Positions 10,292 through 20,142 of a DNA stretch of 64,000 bases are shown here, piece after piece. Within the stretch, counting starts at the first letter, position 1. Each line of letters begins with the position of its first letter. Origin of the DNA: Rhodoferax sp. (GTDB taxonomy: Bacteria; Pseudomonadota; Gammaproteobacteria; Burkholderiales; Burkholderiaceae_C); the NCBI RefSeq assembly GCF_012927445.1, contig NZ_JABBPD010000004.1:529039-593038 (forward strand), written 5' to 3'. The translations under genes were made by a program, and so were the position numbers. The notes beneath the pieces are model-generated. The model saw only the letters and a list, made by a program, of their open reading frames with translations, was not told the DNA's origin and did no database searches.

Positions 10292-11524
10292 TCAGATCAA
10301 ATCGTGCGACAGCGGCATGTCGATGCTGCCGTCAAGGTGCTTGATCGGCCCCAATGCGTTCGGGTTGATGTCGAACTCAAAGATCTGCGTCGGCAGCCAC
10401 AAGGTGGCACAGGAGTTCGGCACATCGACCACGCCGCTGATGTGGCCCTGCACCGGGGCCGTGCCCAGGATGGAATAAGCCTGCGCGCCGGAGTAGCCAA
10501 ACTTCTTCAGGTACTCGATGGCGTTCAGGCAGGCCTGGCGGTAAGCGACCTGCACGTCGAGGTAGTGCTGCTTGCCGGCCTCGTCCACCGAGATGCCTTC
10601 GAAGATCAGGTAGTCGTTGTAGTTGGGTGTCATCGGGCTCGGTTTGAAAACCGGATTCTTGATGCCGTACTTGGCCATGCCGTCCTTGATCAGGCTGACC
10701 CTCATGTGCACCCAGCCCGCCATTTCGATCGCGCCGCAGAACGTAATTTCGCCATCGCCCTGGCTGAAATGCAGGTCACCGACGCTCAGGCCTGCGCCGT
10801 CCACGTAGACCGGGAAAAAGACCTTGGAGCCGCGTGACAAATCCTTGATATCGCAATTGCCGCCGTGTTCACGTGGCGGCACCGTGCGCGCCCCCTCCAG
10901 CGCGGCCTTGTCACGGGCAGCGCCCGTCATGCGGCCCATATGCGCCGTGCCGGCCGAAGGCGGGTTAGCCAAACCGGGAACGCGGTCAGGATCAGTGGCA
11001 ATCAAGTCGCCCTCACGCTTGTTCCACAGGTCCAGCATCGCCTTGTCCGGCAGGCAGCCGATCAGCCCGGGGTGGATCAAGCCGGCAAAGTTAACGCCCG
11101 GGATATGCCGCGAGCTTGTGAACATGCCCTTGAAGTCCCAGATCGACTTTTGTGCTTCAGGAAAGTGATCGGTCAGGAAACCGCCGCCATTTTTCTTCGA
11201 GAAGAAACCATTGAAGCCCCACAGGCTGTCCTGCTTGGCGCCGATGTCCAGCAGGTCAACCACCAGCAAATCACCAGGCTCGGCACCCGTTACACCCACG
11301 GGGCCCGACAGGTAGTGCACCGTGGTCAGATCAATGTCGCGCACATCGTCGGCACTGTCGTTGTTTTTGATAAAACCGCCGGTCCAGTCGAAGGTCTCCA
11401 GGATGAAGTCATCGCCCGGCTTGACCCAGCAGGCCATCGGAATATCAGGATGCCAGCGGTTATGGATGTTCTCGTTGTCAGTCGGCGACTTGGTCAGGTC
11501 AACTTTGATCAGGGTGTCTGTCAT
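10292..11524 (-). CDS. fmdA: Formamidase/acetamidase FmdA
   Basis: HNRWHPDIP, HYLSGP, PPREHGGNCDIK and GDLHFSQGDGEITFCGAIE motifs. Confidence 0.95.
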   Translation of the reverse strand: MTDTLIKVDLTKSPTDNENIHNRWHPDIPMACWVKPGDDFILETFDWTGGFIKNNDSADDVRDIDLTTVHYLSGPVGVTGAEPGDLLVVDLLDIGAKQDSLWGFNGFFSKKNGGGFLTDHFPEAQKSIWDFKGMFTSSRHIPGVNFAGLIHPGLIGCLPDKAMLDLWNKREGDLIATDPDRVPGLANPPSAGTAHMGRMTGAARDKAALEGARTVPPREHGGNCDIKDLSRGSKVFFPVYVDGAGLSVGDLHFSQGDGEITFCGAIEMAGWVHMRVSLIKDGMAKYGIKNPVFKPSPMTPNYNDYLIFEGISVDEAGKQHYLDVQVAYRQACLNAIEYLKKFGYSGAQAYSILGTAPVQGHISGVVDVPNSCATLWLPTQIFEFDINPNALGPIKHLDGSIDMPLSHDLI

Positions 11525-11565
11525 GGCATTTCTCCTGGAGAGGTTAGTAAGGAAACAAAATAGGT

Positions 11566-12255
11566 TCAGACCGAAAGGAATTGCTTGATGCGTGCCGTGT
11601 CGGTATCGGCCCGGGTACTCTCATGCACCAGTTGCCCGCCTTCAATGACGAACAGGCGGTCCGCCACCTCCATCGCGAAGCTCAGCACCTGCTCGGACAC
11701 CACAATCGTGATCTCACGCATCTTGCGGATTTCGTTCAACGCCTTGGCAATGTCCTTGATGATCGATGGCTGTATGCCTTCGGTGGGCTCGTCCAGCAGC
11801 AGCACCTTGGGGTTGGTCACCAGCGCGCGGGCAATCGCCAACTGCTGCTGCTGCCCGCCGGACAAGTTGCCGCCTTTGCGCTTGCGCATCTCAAACAGCA
11901 CGGGGAACAAGGCATAAATTTCATCCGGAATCTGCTTGTGGCGCGCGTTTTCCAGTCCGGTCTGGATGTTTTCCTCGACCGTGAGCGTGGGGAAAATCAT
12001 GCGCCCCTGCGGTACGTAGGCCACGCCTTTGGCGACCCGCTGGTAACTCTCGTCTTTGGAGATGTCGTTGCCATCCACATCGATGGTTCCCGACTTGAGC
12101 GGCAGCACGCCGATGAGTGACTTGAACAGCGTGGTCTTGCCCATGCCATTGCGGCCCATGATGGCCACGGTCTCATTTTTGTGGGCGGTGAAGGTCAGGC
12201 CGTGCAGCGCCTCGCTTTGCCCGTAGCTCACATGAAGGTTGTTGACGTTCAGCAT
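11566..12255 (-). CDS. urtE: Urea/amide ABC transporter ATP-binding subunit
   Basis: GRNGMGKT Walker A, LSGGQQQQLAIAR, LLLDEPTEGIQPSII. Confidence 0.9.
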   Translation of the reverse strand: MLNVNNLHVSYGQSEALHGLTFTAHKNETVAIMGRNGMGKTTLFKSLIGVLPLKSGTIDVDGNDISKDESYQRVAKGVAYVPQGRMIFPTLTVEENIQTGLENARHKQIPDEIYALFPVLFEMRKRKGGNLSGGQQQQLAIARALVTNPKVLLLDEPTEGIQPSIIKDIAKALNEIRKMREITIVVSEQVLSFAMEVADRLFVIEGGQLVHESTRADTDTARIKQFLSV

Positions 12256-12266
12256 GGTTTATCTCC

Positions 12267-13010
12267 TCAGTGGCCCAGATACACGTCAATCACACGCGGA
12301 TCAGCCTGAACTTTTTCCATTGAACCTTCGGCCAGGATTTTTCCCTGGTGCATGACGGTCACTTTGTGCGCGATCTGTTTGACGAACTCCATGTCATGCT
12401 CGATCACGATCATGGCGCGCCCCTTGCAGATGCGCTTGAGCAGCTCGGCCGTGAGTTCGCGCTCGCGCACGCTCATGCCGGCAATCGGCTCGTCCAGCAT
12501 CAGCAACTCGGGGTCCTGCATCAGCAGCATGCCGATCTCCAGCCACTGCTTTTGCCCGTGCGACAGCAAGCCGGCTTCAATCTCCAGGTGGCCGTCCAGG
12601 CCAATTTCGGTGGCGATGGCCTGGACCCGGCTCTTGACCTCGTCACTGCACTTGAAGAACAGGGCGCCAAACACGCCACGCCCCTGCGGAAACGACACTT
12701 CCAGATTCTGGAAAACACTCAGGTTCTCGTAGATCGAAGGCGTCTGGAACTTGCGGCCAATCCCGGCGCGAACAATCTGGTACTCGGGCAAGGCCGTCAT
12801 CTCGTCGTTCTTGAACTTGATGCTGCCGGTCGTGGCGCGGGTCTTGCCGCAAATCAGGTCCAGCAGCGTGGTCTTGCCGGCGCCGTTCGGACCAATGATC
12901 ACGCGCAACTCGTTTTGATCGATGTAGAGGTTCAGCTTGTCAATGGCCTTGAAGCCGTCGAACGATACCGTCAGGTCTTCGACCGACAGCACGAAATCAT
13001 TGTTTTTCAT
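12267..13010 (-). CDS. urtD: Urea/amide ABC transporter ATP-binding subunit
   Basis: GPNGAGKT, GIGRKFQTP and LSHGQKQWLEIGM; start at MKNNDF. Confidence 0.9.
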   Translation of the reverse strand: MKNNDFVLSVEDLTVSFDGFKAIDKLNLYIDQNELRVIIGPNGAGKTTLLDLICGKTRATTGSIKFKNDEMTALPEYQIVRAGIGRKFQTPSIYENLSVFQNLEVSFPQGRGVFGALFFKCSDEVKSRVQAIATEIGLDGHLEIEAGLLSHGQKQWLEIGMLLMQDPELLMLDEPIAGMSVRERELTAELLKRICKGRAMIVIEHDMEFVKQIAHKVTVMHQGKILAEGSMEKVQADPRVIDVYLGH

Positions 13011-13027
13011 AGTGGGCCTCCGTAGTT

Positions 13028-14248
13028 TCAGGTTTGTTGACTGATCAGGTCCGCAGGCATCACAGGTGATTCGCTGACAGCGGCATGGGGGGCGGTGGCG
13101 GTGGCGGTGGCGGTGGCGGTGGCGGTGGCGGTGGCCATGACGGGTGGCCGCTCCTCTTTTTGGCGCGCCGCCATGCGCCTGGCCCACCATGGCTTGATGC
13201 GATGGTTGTAAACACCGGCCAGACCATCAGGAAAAGCCAGTACGACACCGAGGAACATGGCGGCCATCAGGAACAGCCACAGGTCCGGGAAAGTCTCTGA
13301 AAAATAGGTCTTGCCAAAATTCACCAGCAAGGCGCCATAGACCGCCCCGACCAGCGACATGCGGCCACCGACAGCGGCAAAAATCACCATCTCGATCGAT
13401 GGCACGATGCCCACCAGCGAGGGGGACATGAAGCCCACCTGCAACGTGAACAGGGCACCGCCAATCGAAGACAGCAAGGCGGCAAAGCAGAACGCAAAGA
13501 CCCGGAACATGGCCACGTCGTAGCCCGAAAAACGGACCCGGTCTTCCTTGTCGCGCATCGCCAGCAGCAGGGTGCCGAGTTTGCTCTGCTGGATCCAGGC
13601 ACACAGCACGATGGCGCCCAGCAGCAGCACCACCGTGAGGTAGTACAGGATGTACTTGGCGCTGTCGGTGCGGGTGTCCCAACCCAGAAGAGTCTTGAGA
13701 TCGGTCATGCCGTTGACGCCACCGGTGAACCCCTGCTGACCCACGATCAGTACCGTCAGGATCAGGGCCACGGCCTGCGTGATGATGGCAAAGTACACCC
13801 CACCAACCCGCCGCTTGAACATGGCGTAGCCAATAATGAAGGCCAGCAAAGTGGGCACCACCAGAATCAGCAACAGCGTCAGGGGAAAAGAACGGAACGG
13901 TTCCCACCACAGCGGCAATGCGGTGATCTGGTTCCAGTCCATGAAGTCGGGGATGCCCGGGGTGGACTGGATCTTGGTCGTGATGACATCGCTGGCCTCC
14001 AGCTTGAGAAACATGGCCATGCCATAGCCACCCAGGCCAAAGAAGACGCCCTGCCCCAGGCTCAACACGCCGCCATAGCCCCATAACATGACCAGGCCGA
14101 GGGCGACGAACGCATAACTCAAATACTTGCCCACCAGGTTCAGGCGGAACAGGTCGAGGGTCAAAGGGAATGCGACCAGCAACACCAGGGCCAGCAACAA
14201 GACGCTGCCCATTTTGTGACGTTCAATCCAATGCTTGATAGGACTCAT
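13028..14248 (-). CDS. urtC: Urea/amide ABC transporter permease
   Basis: WGYGGVLSLGQG, GVYFAIITQA and RDKEDRVRFSGY; Ala-Thr repeat in the C-terminal tail. Confidence 0.9.
   Translation of the reverse strand: MSPIKHWIERHKMGSVLLLALVLLVAFPLTLDLFRLNLVGKYLSYAFVALGLVMLWGYGGVLSLGQGVFFGLGGYGMAMFLKLEASDVITTKIQSTPGIPDFMDWNQITALPLWWEPFRSFPLTLLLILVVPTLLAFIIGYAMFKRRVGGVYFAIITQAVALILTVLIVGQQGFTGGVNGMTDLKTLLGWDTRTDSAKYILYYLTVVLLLGAIVLCAWIQQSKLGTLLLAMRDKEDRVRFSGYDVAMFRVFAFCFAALLSSIGGALFTLQVGFMSPSLVGIVPSIEMVIFAAVGGRMSLVGAVYGALLVNFGKTYFSETFPDLWLFLMAAMFLGVVLAFPDGLAGVYNHRIKPWWARRMAARQKEERPPVMATATATATATATATAPHAAVSESPVMPADLISQQT
13091..13135. repeat. (GGCGGT)7 hexanucleotide tandem repeat in the urtC 3' end
   Basis: Seven exact copies at 13091-13132, encoding (Ala-Thr)n on the minus strand. 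Confidence 0.95.
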
Positions 14249-14285
14249 AAAGACCTCCGGTTGACGAGGGGTTGCAATAGGAATT

Positions 14286-15200
14286 TCAACGGCGCACCTT
14301 GGCGGCAAACAAGCCTTGCGGGCGCAGCATCAAGATGGTCACGATGAGCATCAAGGTGAGGACCTTGGCCATGGAGCCGCTCATGAAGAATTCAGCGAGC
14401 GACTGGGTTTGGGCGATGCCAAAGGCGGACACCACGGTGCCCAACAAGCTGGCCGCACCGCCAAAAGTAACGACCAGGAACGCGTCCACGATGTAGAGGG
14501 AACCGCTGGTGGGACCGGTCGAGCCAATGGTGGTGAAGGCGGCGCCAGCAACGCCGGCAATACCGCAGCCAATGGCAAAGGTGAGCCGGTCCGTCTTGCG
14601 GGTGTTAATACCGATGGCATTGGCCATCACACGATTCGCCACCGTGGCACGGACCCGCAGACCCCAACGCGACTTGTAAAGCGCCAGCAGCACGCCACCG
14701 GTCACCACCAGGGTCAGCGCCATCACGAACATGCCATTGATCGGAATGTCCAGGCCCGGTATCGGCGCCCAAGAACCCATCAACCAGTCCGGCAAGGTCG
14801 GGCTGACTTCCTTGGCGCCAAAAGCCGTGCGAAAAATTTGTTGCATGCCGAGTGACAGACCCCAGGTCGCGAGCAAGGTGTCCAGCGGACGCTTGTACAA
14901 GTGGCGAATGAACAGCCACTCCACCCCCCAGCCGACGGCGAAGGCAAACAGGAAGGCGGCCAGGATGGCAAACGGAAAGTAGATTTGCGCCAACTGCGGC
15001 GCGTAAGTCTCGGCCAGGTGCGAGAACAGGTAAATGGTGTAGGCGCCGATGGTCATGAACTCACCATGCGCCATGTTGATAACACCCATCTGGCCAAAGA
15101 TGATGGCCAGCCCCAGGCCCATCAGCAGCAGGACAGAAAACAGGCTTAAACCTGCAAAGCCTTGCATCAGGCCGATGTTGAGCATTTCGGAAGGTGACAT
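14286..15200 (-). CDS. urtB: Urea/amide ABC transporter permease
   Basis: GLAIIFGQMGVINMAHGEF and RPLDTLLATWG; GGAG RBS before 15200. Confidence 0.9.
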   Translation of the reverse strand: MSPSEMLNIGLMQGFAGLSLFSVLLLMGLGLAIIFGQMGVINMAHGEFMTIGAYTIYLFSHLAETYAPQLAQIYFPFAILAAFLFAFAVGWGVEWLFIRHLYKRPLDTLLATWGLSLGMQQIFRTAFGAKEVSPTLPDWLMGSWAPIPGLDIPINGMFVMALTLVVTGGVLLALYKSRWGLRVRATVANRVMANAIGINTRKTDRLTFAIGCGIAGVAGAAFTTIGSTGPTSGSLYIVDAFLVVTFGGAASLLGTVVSAFGIAQTQSLAEFFMSGSMAKVLTLMLIVTILMLRPQGLFAAKVRR

Positions 15201-15315
15201 GATGAGCTCCAATACAGCTTGCGTGACGTGGGGGCGGTGAAGGTTGGTACGCTTGAACAAGCCTTCCCGGCCCGCCCCGCCTGACGCGGGAACGAGCCGG
15301 GAAGCTGATCAGGCC

Positions 15316-16578
15316 TTACTGATAACCCTTGGGAAACGGGTTCGGTTCGATCAATGCCGACGACTCGGCCACGACCTTGAACTGGCCGTTGGCCTGGGCC
15401 TGGCCGATGCGCGCCTTGCTCCACAGGTGATGGTTTTCATGCAGTTTGACGTAGCCTTCTGGCGCCGTCTTCAGCTCGATACCGGCCGAAGCAGCGGCGA
15501 TTTTGTCCACATCAAAGCTGCCGGCCTTCTCGACCGTGGCTTTCCACAACCAGGGTCCCAGGTAGGCGGCCTGCGTCACGTCGCCGATCACCGCGTCTTT
15601 GCCGTACTTGGCCTTGAAGGCGGACACGAACGCCTTGTTATTGGCGTTGTCCAGCGACTGGAAGTATTTCATCGAGGCATAGAAGCCGTTCATGTTCTCG
15701 CCGCCAATACCCAGCACCTCGTCTTCGGTCACCGAAATGGTCAGCAGAAACTGTGTCTTGGCCGTCACGCCAGCGGCCTTGAGTTGCTTGTAGAACGCGA
15801 CATTGGAGCCGCCAACCACAGCGATGAAAATGCAGTCCGGCTTGGCCACCTTGATCTTGTTGATCAACGAATTGAAACTGGTGCTGCCCAGGGGGTAGTA
15901 CTCTTCGCCCACCACCTTGCTGCCGGCGGGCAGATGCCCTTCAATGTGCTTGCGCCCAATTTTCATGGAGGTGCGCGGCCAGATGTAGTCGGAGCCGACG
16001 AGGAAGAAGGTTTTCGCCTTCTTTTCTTTCGAGGCCCAATCGAGACCGTACAGGATCTGCTGTGTTGCTTCCTGGCCGGTGTAGATCACGTTCTTGCTTT
16101 GCTCCAGGCCTTCGTAAAAGGTCGGGTAGTACAGCATGCCATTTTCTTTTTCAAAAATCGGCAACACCGCCTTGCGCGACGCCGAGGTCCAGCAGCCGAA
16201 CACGGCAGCCACGCGGTCATTGACCAGCAGCTTCTTCGACTTTTCGGCAAACGTAGGCCAATCAGAGGCGCCATCTTCCTTGATGACCTTGATCTTGCGG
16301 CCGAGCACGCCGCCCATGGCATTGATCTGGTCAATCGCAAGCTGTTCAGCCTGGATCGATCCGGTCTCTGAAATCGCCATGGTGCCGGTGGAGGAATGCA
16401 GTTGTCCGACGGTCACCTCGGTATCGGTCACAGCCAGCTTGGTGGTGTTGACCTTGGCGGTCGGGAACTGCTGGGCCCGGGCCCACATGGGCAAACCGGC
16501 CAGCAGAGGCGCAGCGGCCATGCCTTGCACCAGACGGCGGCGGTTGATGAGGGAATTATCTCGATGGTCATGCGACAT
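15316..16578 (-). CDS. urtA: Urea/short-chain amide ABC transporter substrate-binding protein (UrtA/FmdD family), Tat-type leader
   Basis: NRRRLVQG twin-arginine leader, HSSTGTMAISE, DGASDWPTFAEK, FGCWTSASRK, YPTFYEG. Confidence 0.9.
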   Translation of the reverse strand: MSHDHRDNSLINRRRLVQGMAAAPLLAGLPMWARAQQFPTAKVNTTKLAVTDTEVTVGQLHSSTGTMAISETGSIQAEQLAIDQINAMGGVLGRKIKVIKEDGASDWPTFAEKSKKLLVNDRVAAVFGCWTSASRKAVLPIFEKENGMLYYPTFYEGLEQSKNVIYTGQEATQQILYGLDWASKEKKAKTFFLVGSDYIWPRTSMKIGRKHIEGHLPAGSKVVGEEYYPLGSTSFNSLINKIKVAKPDCIFIAVVGGSNVAFYKQLKAAGVTAKTQFLLTISVTEDEVLGIGGENMNGFYASMKYFQSLDNANNKAFVSAFKAKYGKDAVIGDVTQAAYLGPWLWKATVEKAGSFDVDKIAAASAGIELKTAPEGYVKLHENHHLWSKARIGQAQANGQFKVVAESSALIEPNPFPKGYQ

Positions 16579-16664
16579 GGTGAGCTCCTGCGGTTGATAA
16601 AAAAGTAAGGAGAAGGATTTCTCTTGCTGGGATGGATCATCCAAAAAATTGCGCGCTAACCCAA

Positions 16665-16680
16665 TACGTCAATCAACGTA
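16665..16680. promoter_or_regulatory. Palindrome TACGT-N6-ACGTA, candidate regulator site between divergent urtA and kinase genes
   Basis: Perfect 5-bp inverted repeat about 90-100 bp upstream of urtA; function inferred. Confidence 0.4.
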
Positions 16681-16711
16681 GGCCCGTGATCCGGCCGGCC
16701 TCAAAAGCAGC

Positions 16712-16727
16712 AGGCGCGCTTCTTGCT
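16712..16727 (+). promoter_or_regulatory. Sigma-54 (-24/-12) promoter candidate for the sensor kinase operon
   Basis: AGGCGCG-CTTC-TTGCT with GG-N10-GC spacing upstream of GGAG RBS and TTG at 16759. Confidence 0.55.
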
Positions 16728-16758
16728 TTTTAAGTTTTACTGTTCACCGGAGTCGTGC

Positions 16759-19700
16759 TTGACTGCTGCCAACCAAAAAATTTTTCGTATCCGCCGCGAA
16801 TACAACGCCTGGGTTGCTGACGAGTCGCTGGAGGACTACGCGTTGCGTTACACACCGCGTAGTTTTCGCAAGTGGTCGGAATGGCGGGTTGGCAATACGG
16901 CCTTCGGCGCCGTGTCATTTCTTGCACTGGAGGCTATTGGCGGCGCCATTGCATTGAATTACGGCTTCAGCAATGCACTGTGGGCCATCCTGGTGGTGGG
17001 CCTGATCACCTTCTTCACCGGCTTGCCCATCAGCTACTACGCCGCCCGCTATGGGGTGGACATGGACTTGCTCACCCGGGGTGCCGGCTTTGGCTACCTG
17101 GGCTCCACCATCACCTCGCTGATTTACGCCAGCTTCACCTTCATTTTTTTTGCGCTGGAGGCGGCCATCATGGCGCTGGCCTTGCAGATGTACCTGGACA
17201 TCCCGATCGCCTGGTGTTACGTGATCAGCGCCCTGCTGATCGTGCCCGTGGCGGTTCGCGGCATCACCCTGATTTCCAGACTGCAGATGTGGACCCAGCC
17301 GCTGTGGGGCGTGCTGCTGCTGTTGCCCTATCTCGCCGTACTCTGGAAAAATCCACAAGCGTTCTCTGATTTCACAGGGCTGGCCGGCCGCACCTCGGAT
17401 AGCAGCGAGTTCAACCTGTTGATGTTTGGTGCCGCAGCGACCGTGGCGTTCTCGCTGGTGGTCCAGATTGGCGAGCAGGTGGATTTTTTGCGCTTCCTGC
17501 CCGAGAAGACCCAGGCCAACCGCAAACGCTGGTGGGCCGCCGTGCTGATGGCCGGGCCGGGCTGGATCGTGCTGGGCATGCTGAAGATGCTGGGCGGCGC
17601 ATTCCTGGCTTTTCTGGCACTGCAACATGGTTTGTCCGCGTCCAAGGCGGTGGAGCCGACCCAGATGTACCTGGCCGGCTTCTCCTATGTGTTCAGCAAC
17701 CCGGCATGGGTGCTGGCGGCCACGGTGATCTTTGTGGTGGTGTCACAACTCAAGATCAACCTCACCAACGCCTATGCGGGGTCGCTCGCCTGGTCCAATT
17801 TTTTTGCCCGGTTAACCCACAGTCATCCGGGCCGGGTCGTCTGGCTGCTGTTCAATGTGGTGATTGCCCTGCTGCTGATGACACTGGACGTTTTCTCCGC
17901 GCTGGAAAAAGTGCTCGGGCTTTACGGCAATATGGCCACGGCCTGGGTCGGCGCGCTGGTGGCGGACCTGGTGATCAATAAACCATTGGGCCTAAGCCCG
18001 CGCGGGATTGAGTTCAAGCGGGCGCATTTATACGACATCAATCCGGTCGGACTGGGCTCGATGCTGCTGGCGGCCGTGCTCGCCGTGGTCGCCTACACCG
18101 GCGCCATGGGTCCGTACGCGGAGGCCTTTTCGCCCTTCATTGCGCTCGGCACGGCACTGCTTCTGTCGCCTCTGCTGGCCTGGCTCACCCGGGGCCGCTA
18201 CTACATCGCCCGCCAGCCGCAGGCCATGGGCGAACCGGGTCAGATGGTGACTTGCCATGTGTGTGAAAACGCCTTCGAGGCGGAAGACATGGCGCGCTGT
18301 CCTGTTTACAGCGCCCCCATCTGCTCCCTGTGCTGCACACTGGAATCCCGCTGCCATGACCGCTGCAAAACCGGTTCACGGGCGGCCGAACAGGCCGAGA
18401 AACTGCTCGGATTTCTGCTGCCCCGGGCCTTGTCAAACCGGGTGAATTTCCGTGCCGGTCACTATTTTGTCGTCACGCTGTCCCTGTGCGCCCTGCTCGC
18501 CACCGTGATGGGCATGGTGTACATGCAAGAAACCGCGATGCCCCTTCTTGTTGACCCGGTGGGCATGTTGCGCGCTGCGTTCGTCAAGGTATTTGCCATG
18601 CTGTTGCTGATCGTTGCAGTCTGCAGTTGGTGGGTGGTGTTGGGCAGCGAAAGCCGGCGCATGGCGCAAGACGAATCGAACCGCCAGAACCAGCTGCTGT
18701 CCCGCGAGATCGAGGCCCATCAACGCACCGATGCCGCCCTGCAAAACGCCAAAGAGCTGGCCGAGTCGGCCAACCAGGCCAAAACCCGCTACGTGGCGGG
18801 CGTGACGCATGAGCTGCGCACGCCGCTCAACAGTATTCTGGGTTACTCGCAAATCCTGTTGAAAAACGAAACGCTGGCCAACACCCCGCGCGAAGCCGTG
18901 CAGACCATCCAGCGTAGTGGCGAGCACCTGCTGGCCTTGGTAGACGGGCTGCTTGACCTGGCCCGCATTGAAGCCGGTCGACTGCGGCTGGAGCCCATCC
19001 CCCTGCCGCTGCCCGACTTTCTGGCGGGGCTGGTGAGCATGATGCGGCCACAGGCTGAGGCCAAGGATGTGAACTTTATCTACACCCACAGTGGCCGCAT
19101 GCCCACCTGGGTGCAAGCGGATGCCAAGCGGCTGCGCCAGATCATCATCAACCTGTTGAGCAATGCCGTGCGCTTCACCGACGCCGGTAGCGTGACCCTG
19201 CATGTCGACTGTCGCAGTGATGTCATCCGGTTTGACGTGGTGGACACCGGCATCGGTATCGCCCCCCAAGATCAGCAACGTATTTTCTTGCCCTTTGAGC
19301 GCGGGGCTGCCGGCCGTCGCCGGAGCGAACCGGGCACCGGACTGGGTCTGACCATCACGGCCTTGCTGACCTCCCTGATGGGCGGCGACCTGTCCCTGCA
19401 AAGCGCACCAGACAAGGGCAGTACCTTCAGCGTGCGGCTGTACCTGCGCGAGATTGATGACCCGGGCCCGCAGGCTGACCCGCCCTACCAGATTGCAGGG
19501 TTTTTCGGCAAGCGCAGAACCTTGCTGGTGGTCGACGACCAGCCGGTACAACGCCAGATGCTGGCCGGCATGCTGACGCCGCTGGGGTTTGCCATCACGG
19601 AGGCGGCCAGCGGTATGGAATGCATCGACAGCCTGGGCGATGCGCTGCCGGATGCGATCCTGCTCGACATCAGCATGGACGGCCTGGACGGCTGGCAAAC

Positions 19701-20142
19701 CGCACAACAAATACGCAACCTCGGCTATGACGCGGTGCCCATTATTGTGGTCTCCGCCAACGTCATGGAGAACCAGAGCGCCCGGCTGAAGTCCGCCGGA
19801 TGCCAGGCGTTTGTTGCCAAGCCCGTGCTGGAATCAGAACTGATGGACGCCTTGCAGCGCCACCTGGGACTGGAGTGGGTGAATTCAGGGGTGTTGCCGA
19901 TTCCAGCCCCAATCAGTCCGGAGGGTGACACGCTGAGGCTGTCCGATGACGCCCGGGCCGAGCTCATCCGGCTGGTGCGGCTGGGCCATGTGCATGGCTT
20001 GCACCGCGTGCTCGACCGCTTCACGGCGGACGAGCCATCGCTGGCCGCCACTTGTAAAAAACTGCGCGGCTTCGTCAGCCGCTGCGAACTTGAATCTTTG
20101 CTGGACCATTTAACCGAGGATGAAGATGCTTGCGAACCCTGA
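16759..20142 (+). CDS. Hybrid sensor histidine kinase with N-terminal NCS1/APC-permease-like membrane domain
   Basis: Many hydrophobic helices in the first ~500 aa, Cys-rich linker, H-box THELRTPLNSILG, N/G boxes (NLLSNA, DTGIGI, GTGLGL) and C-terminal REC (VVDD, LLDISM, KP). Confidence 0.9.
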   Translation: MTAANQKIFRIRREYNAWVADESLEDYALRYTPRSFRKWSEWRVGNTAFGAVSFLALEAIGGAIALNYGFSNALWAILVVGLITFFTGLPISYYAARYGVDMDLLTRGAGFGYLGSTITSLIYASFTFIFFALEAAIMALALQMYLDIPIAWCYVISALLIVPVAVRGITLISRLQMWTQPLWGVLLLLPYLAVLWKNPQAFSDFTGLAGRTSDSSEFNLLMFGAAATVAFSLVVQIGEQVDFLRFLPEKTQANRKRWWAAVLMAGPGWIVLGMLKMLGGAFLAFLALQHGLSASKAVEPTQMYLAGFSYVFSNPAWVLAATVIFVVVSQLKINLTNAYAGSLAWSNFFARLTHSHPGRVVWLLFNVVIALLLMTLDVFSALEKVLGLYGNMATAWVGALVADLVINKPLGLSPRGIEFKRAHLYDINPVGLGSMLLAAVLAVVAYTGAMGPYAEAFSPFIALGTALLLSPLLAWLTRGRYYIARQPQAMGEPGQMVTCHVCENAFEAEDMARCPVYSAPICSLCCTLESRCHDRCKTGSRAAEQAEKLLGFLLPRALSNRVNFRAGHYFVVTLSLCALLATVMGMVYMQETAMPLLVDPVGMLRAAFVKVFAMLLLIVAVCSWWVVLGSESRRMAQDESNRQNQLLSREIEAHQRTDAALQNAKELAESANQAKTRYVAGVTHELRTPLNSILGYSQILLKNETLANTPREAVQTIQRSGEHLLALVDGLLDLARIEAGRLRLEPIPLPLPDFLAGLVSMMRPQAEAKDVNFIYTHSGRMPTWVQADAKRLRQIIINLLSNAVRFTDAGSVTLHVDCRSDVIRFDVVDTGIGIAPQDQQRIFLPFERGAAGRRRSEPGTGLGLTITALLTSLMGGDLSLQSAPDKGSTFSVRLYLREIDDPGPQADPPYQIAGFFGKRRTLLVVDDQPVQRQMLAGMLTPLGFAITEAASGMECIDSLGDALPDAILLDISMDGLDGWQTAQQIRNLGYDAVPIIVVSANVMENQSARLKSAGCQAFVAKPVLESELMDALQRHLGLEWVNSGVLPIPAPISPEGDTLRLSDDARAELIRLVRLGHVHGLHRVLDRFTADEPSLAATCKKLRGFVSRCELESLLDHLTEDEDACEP

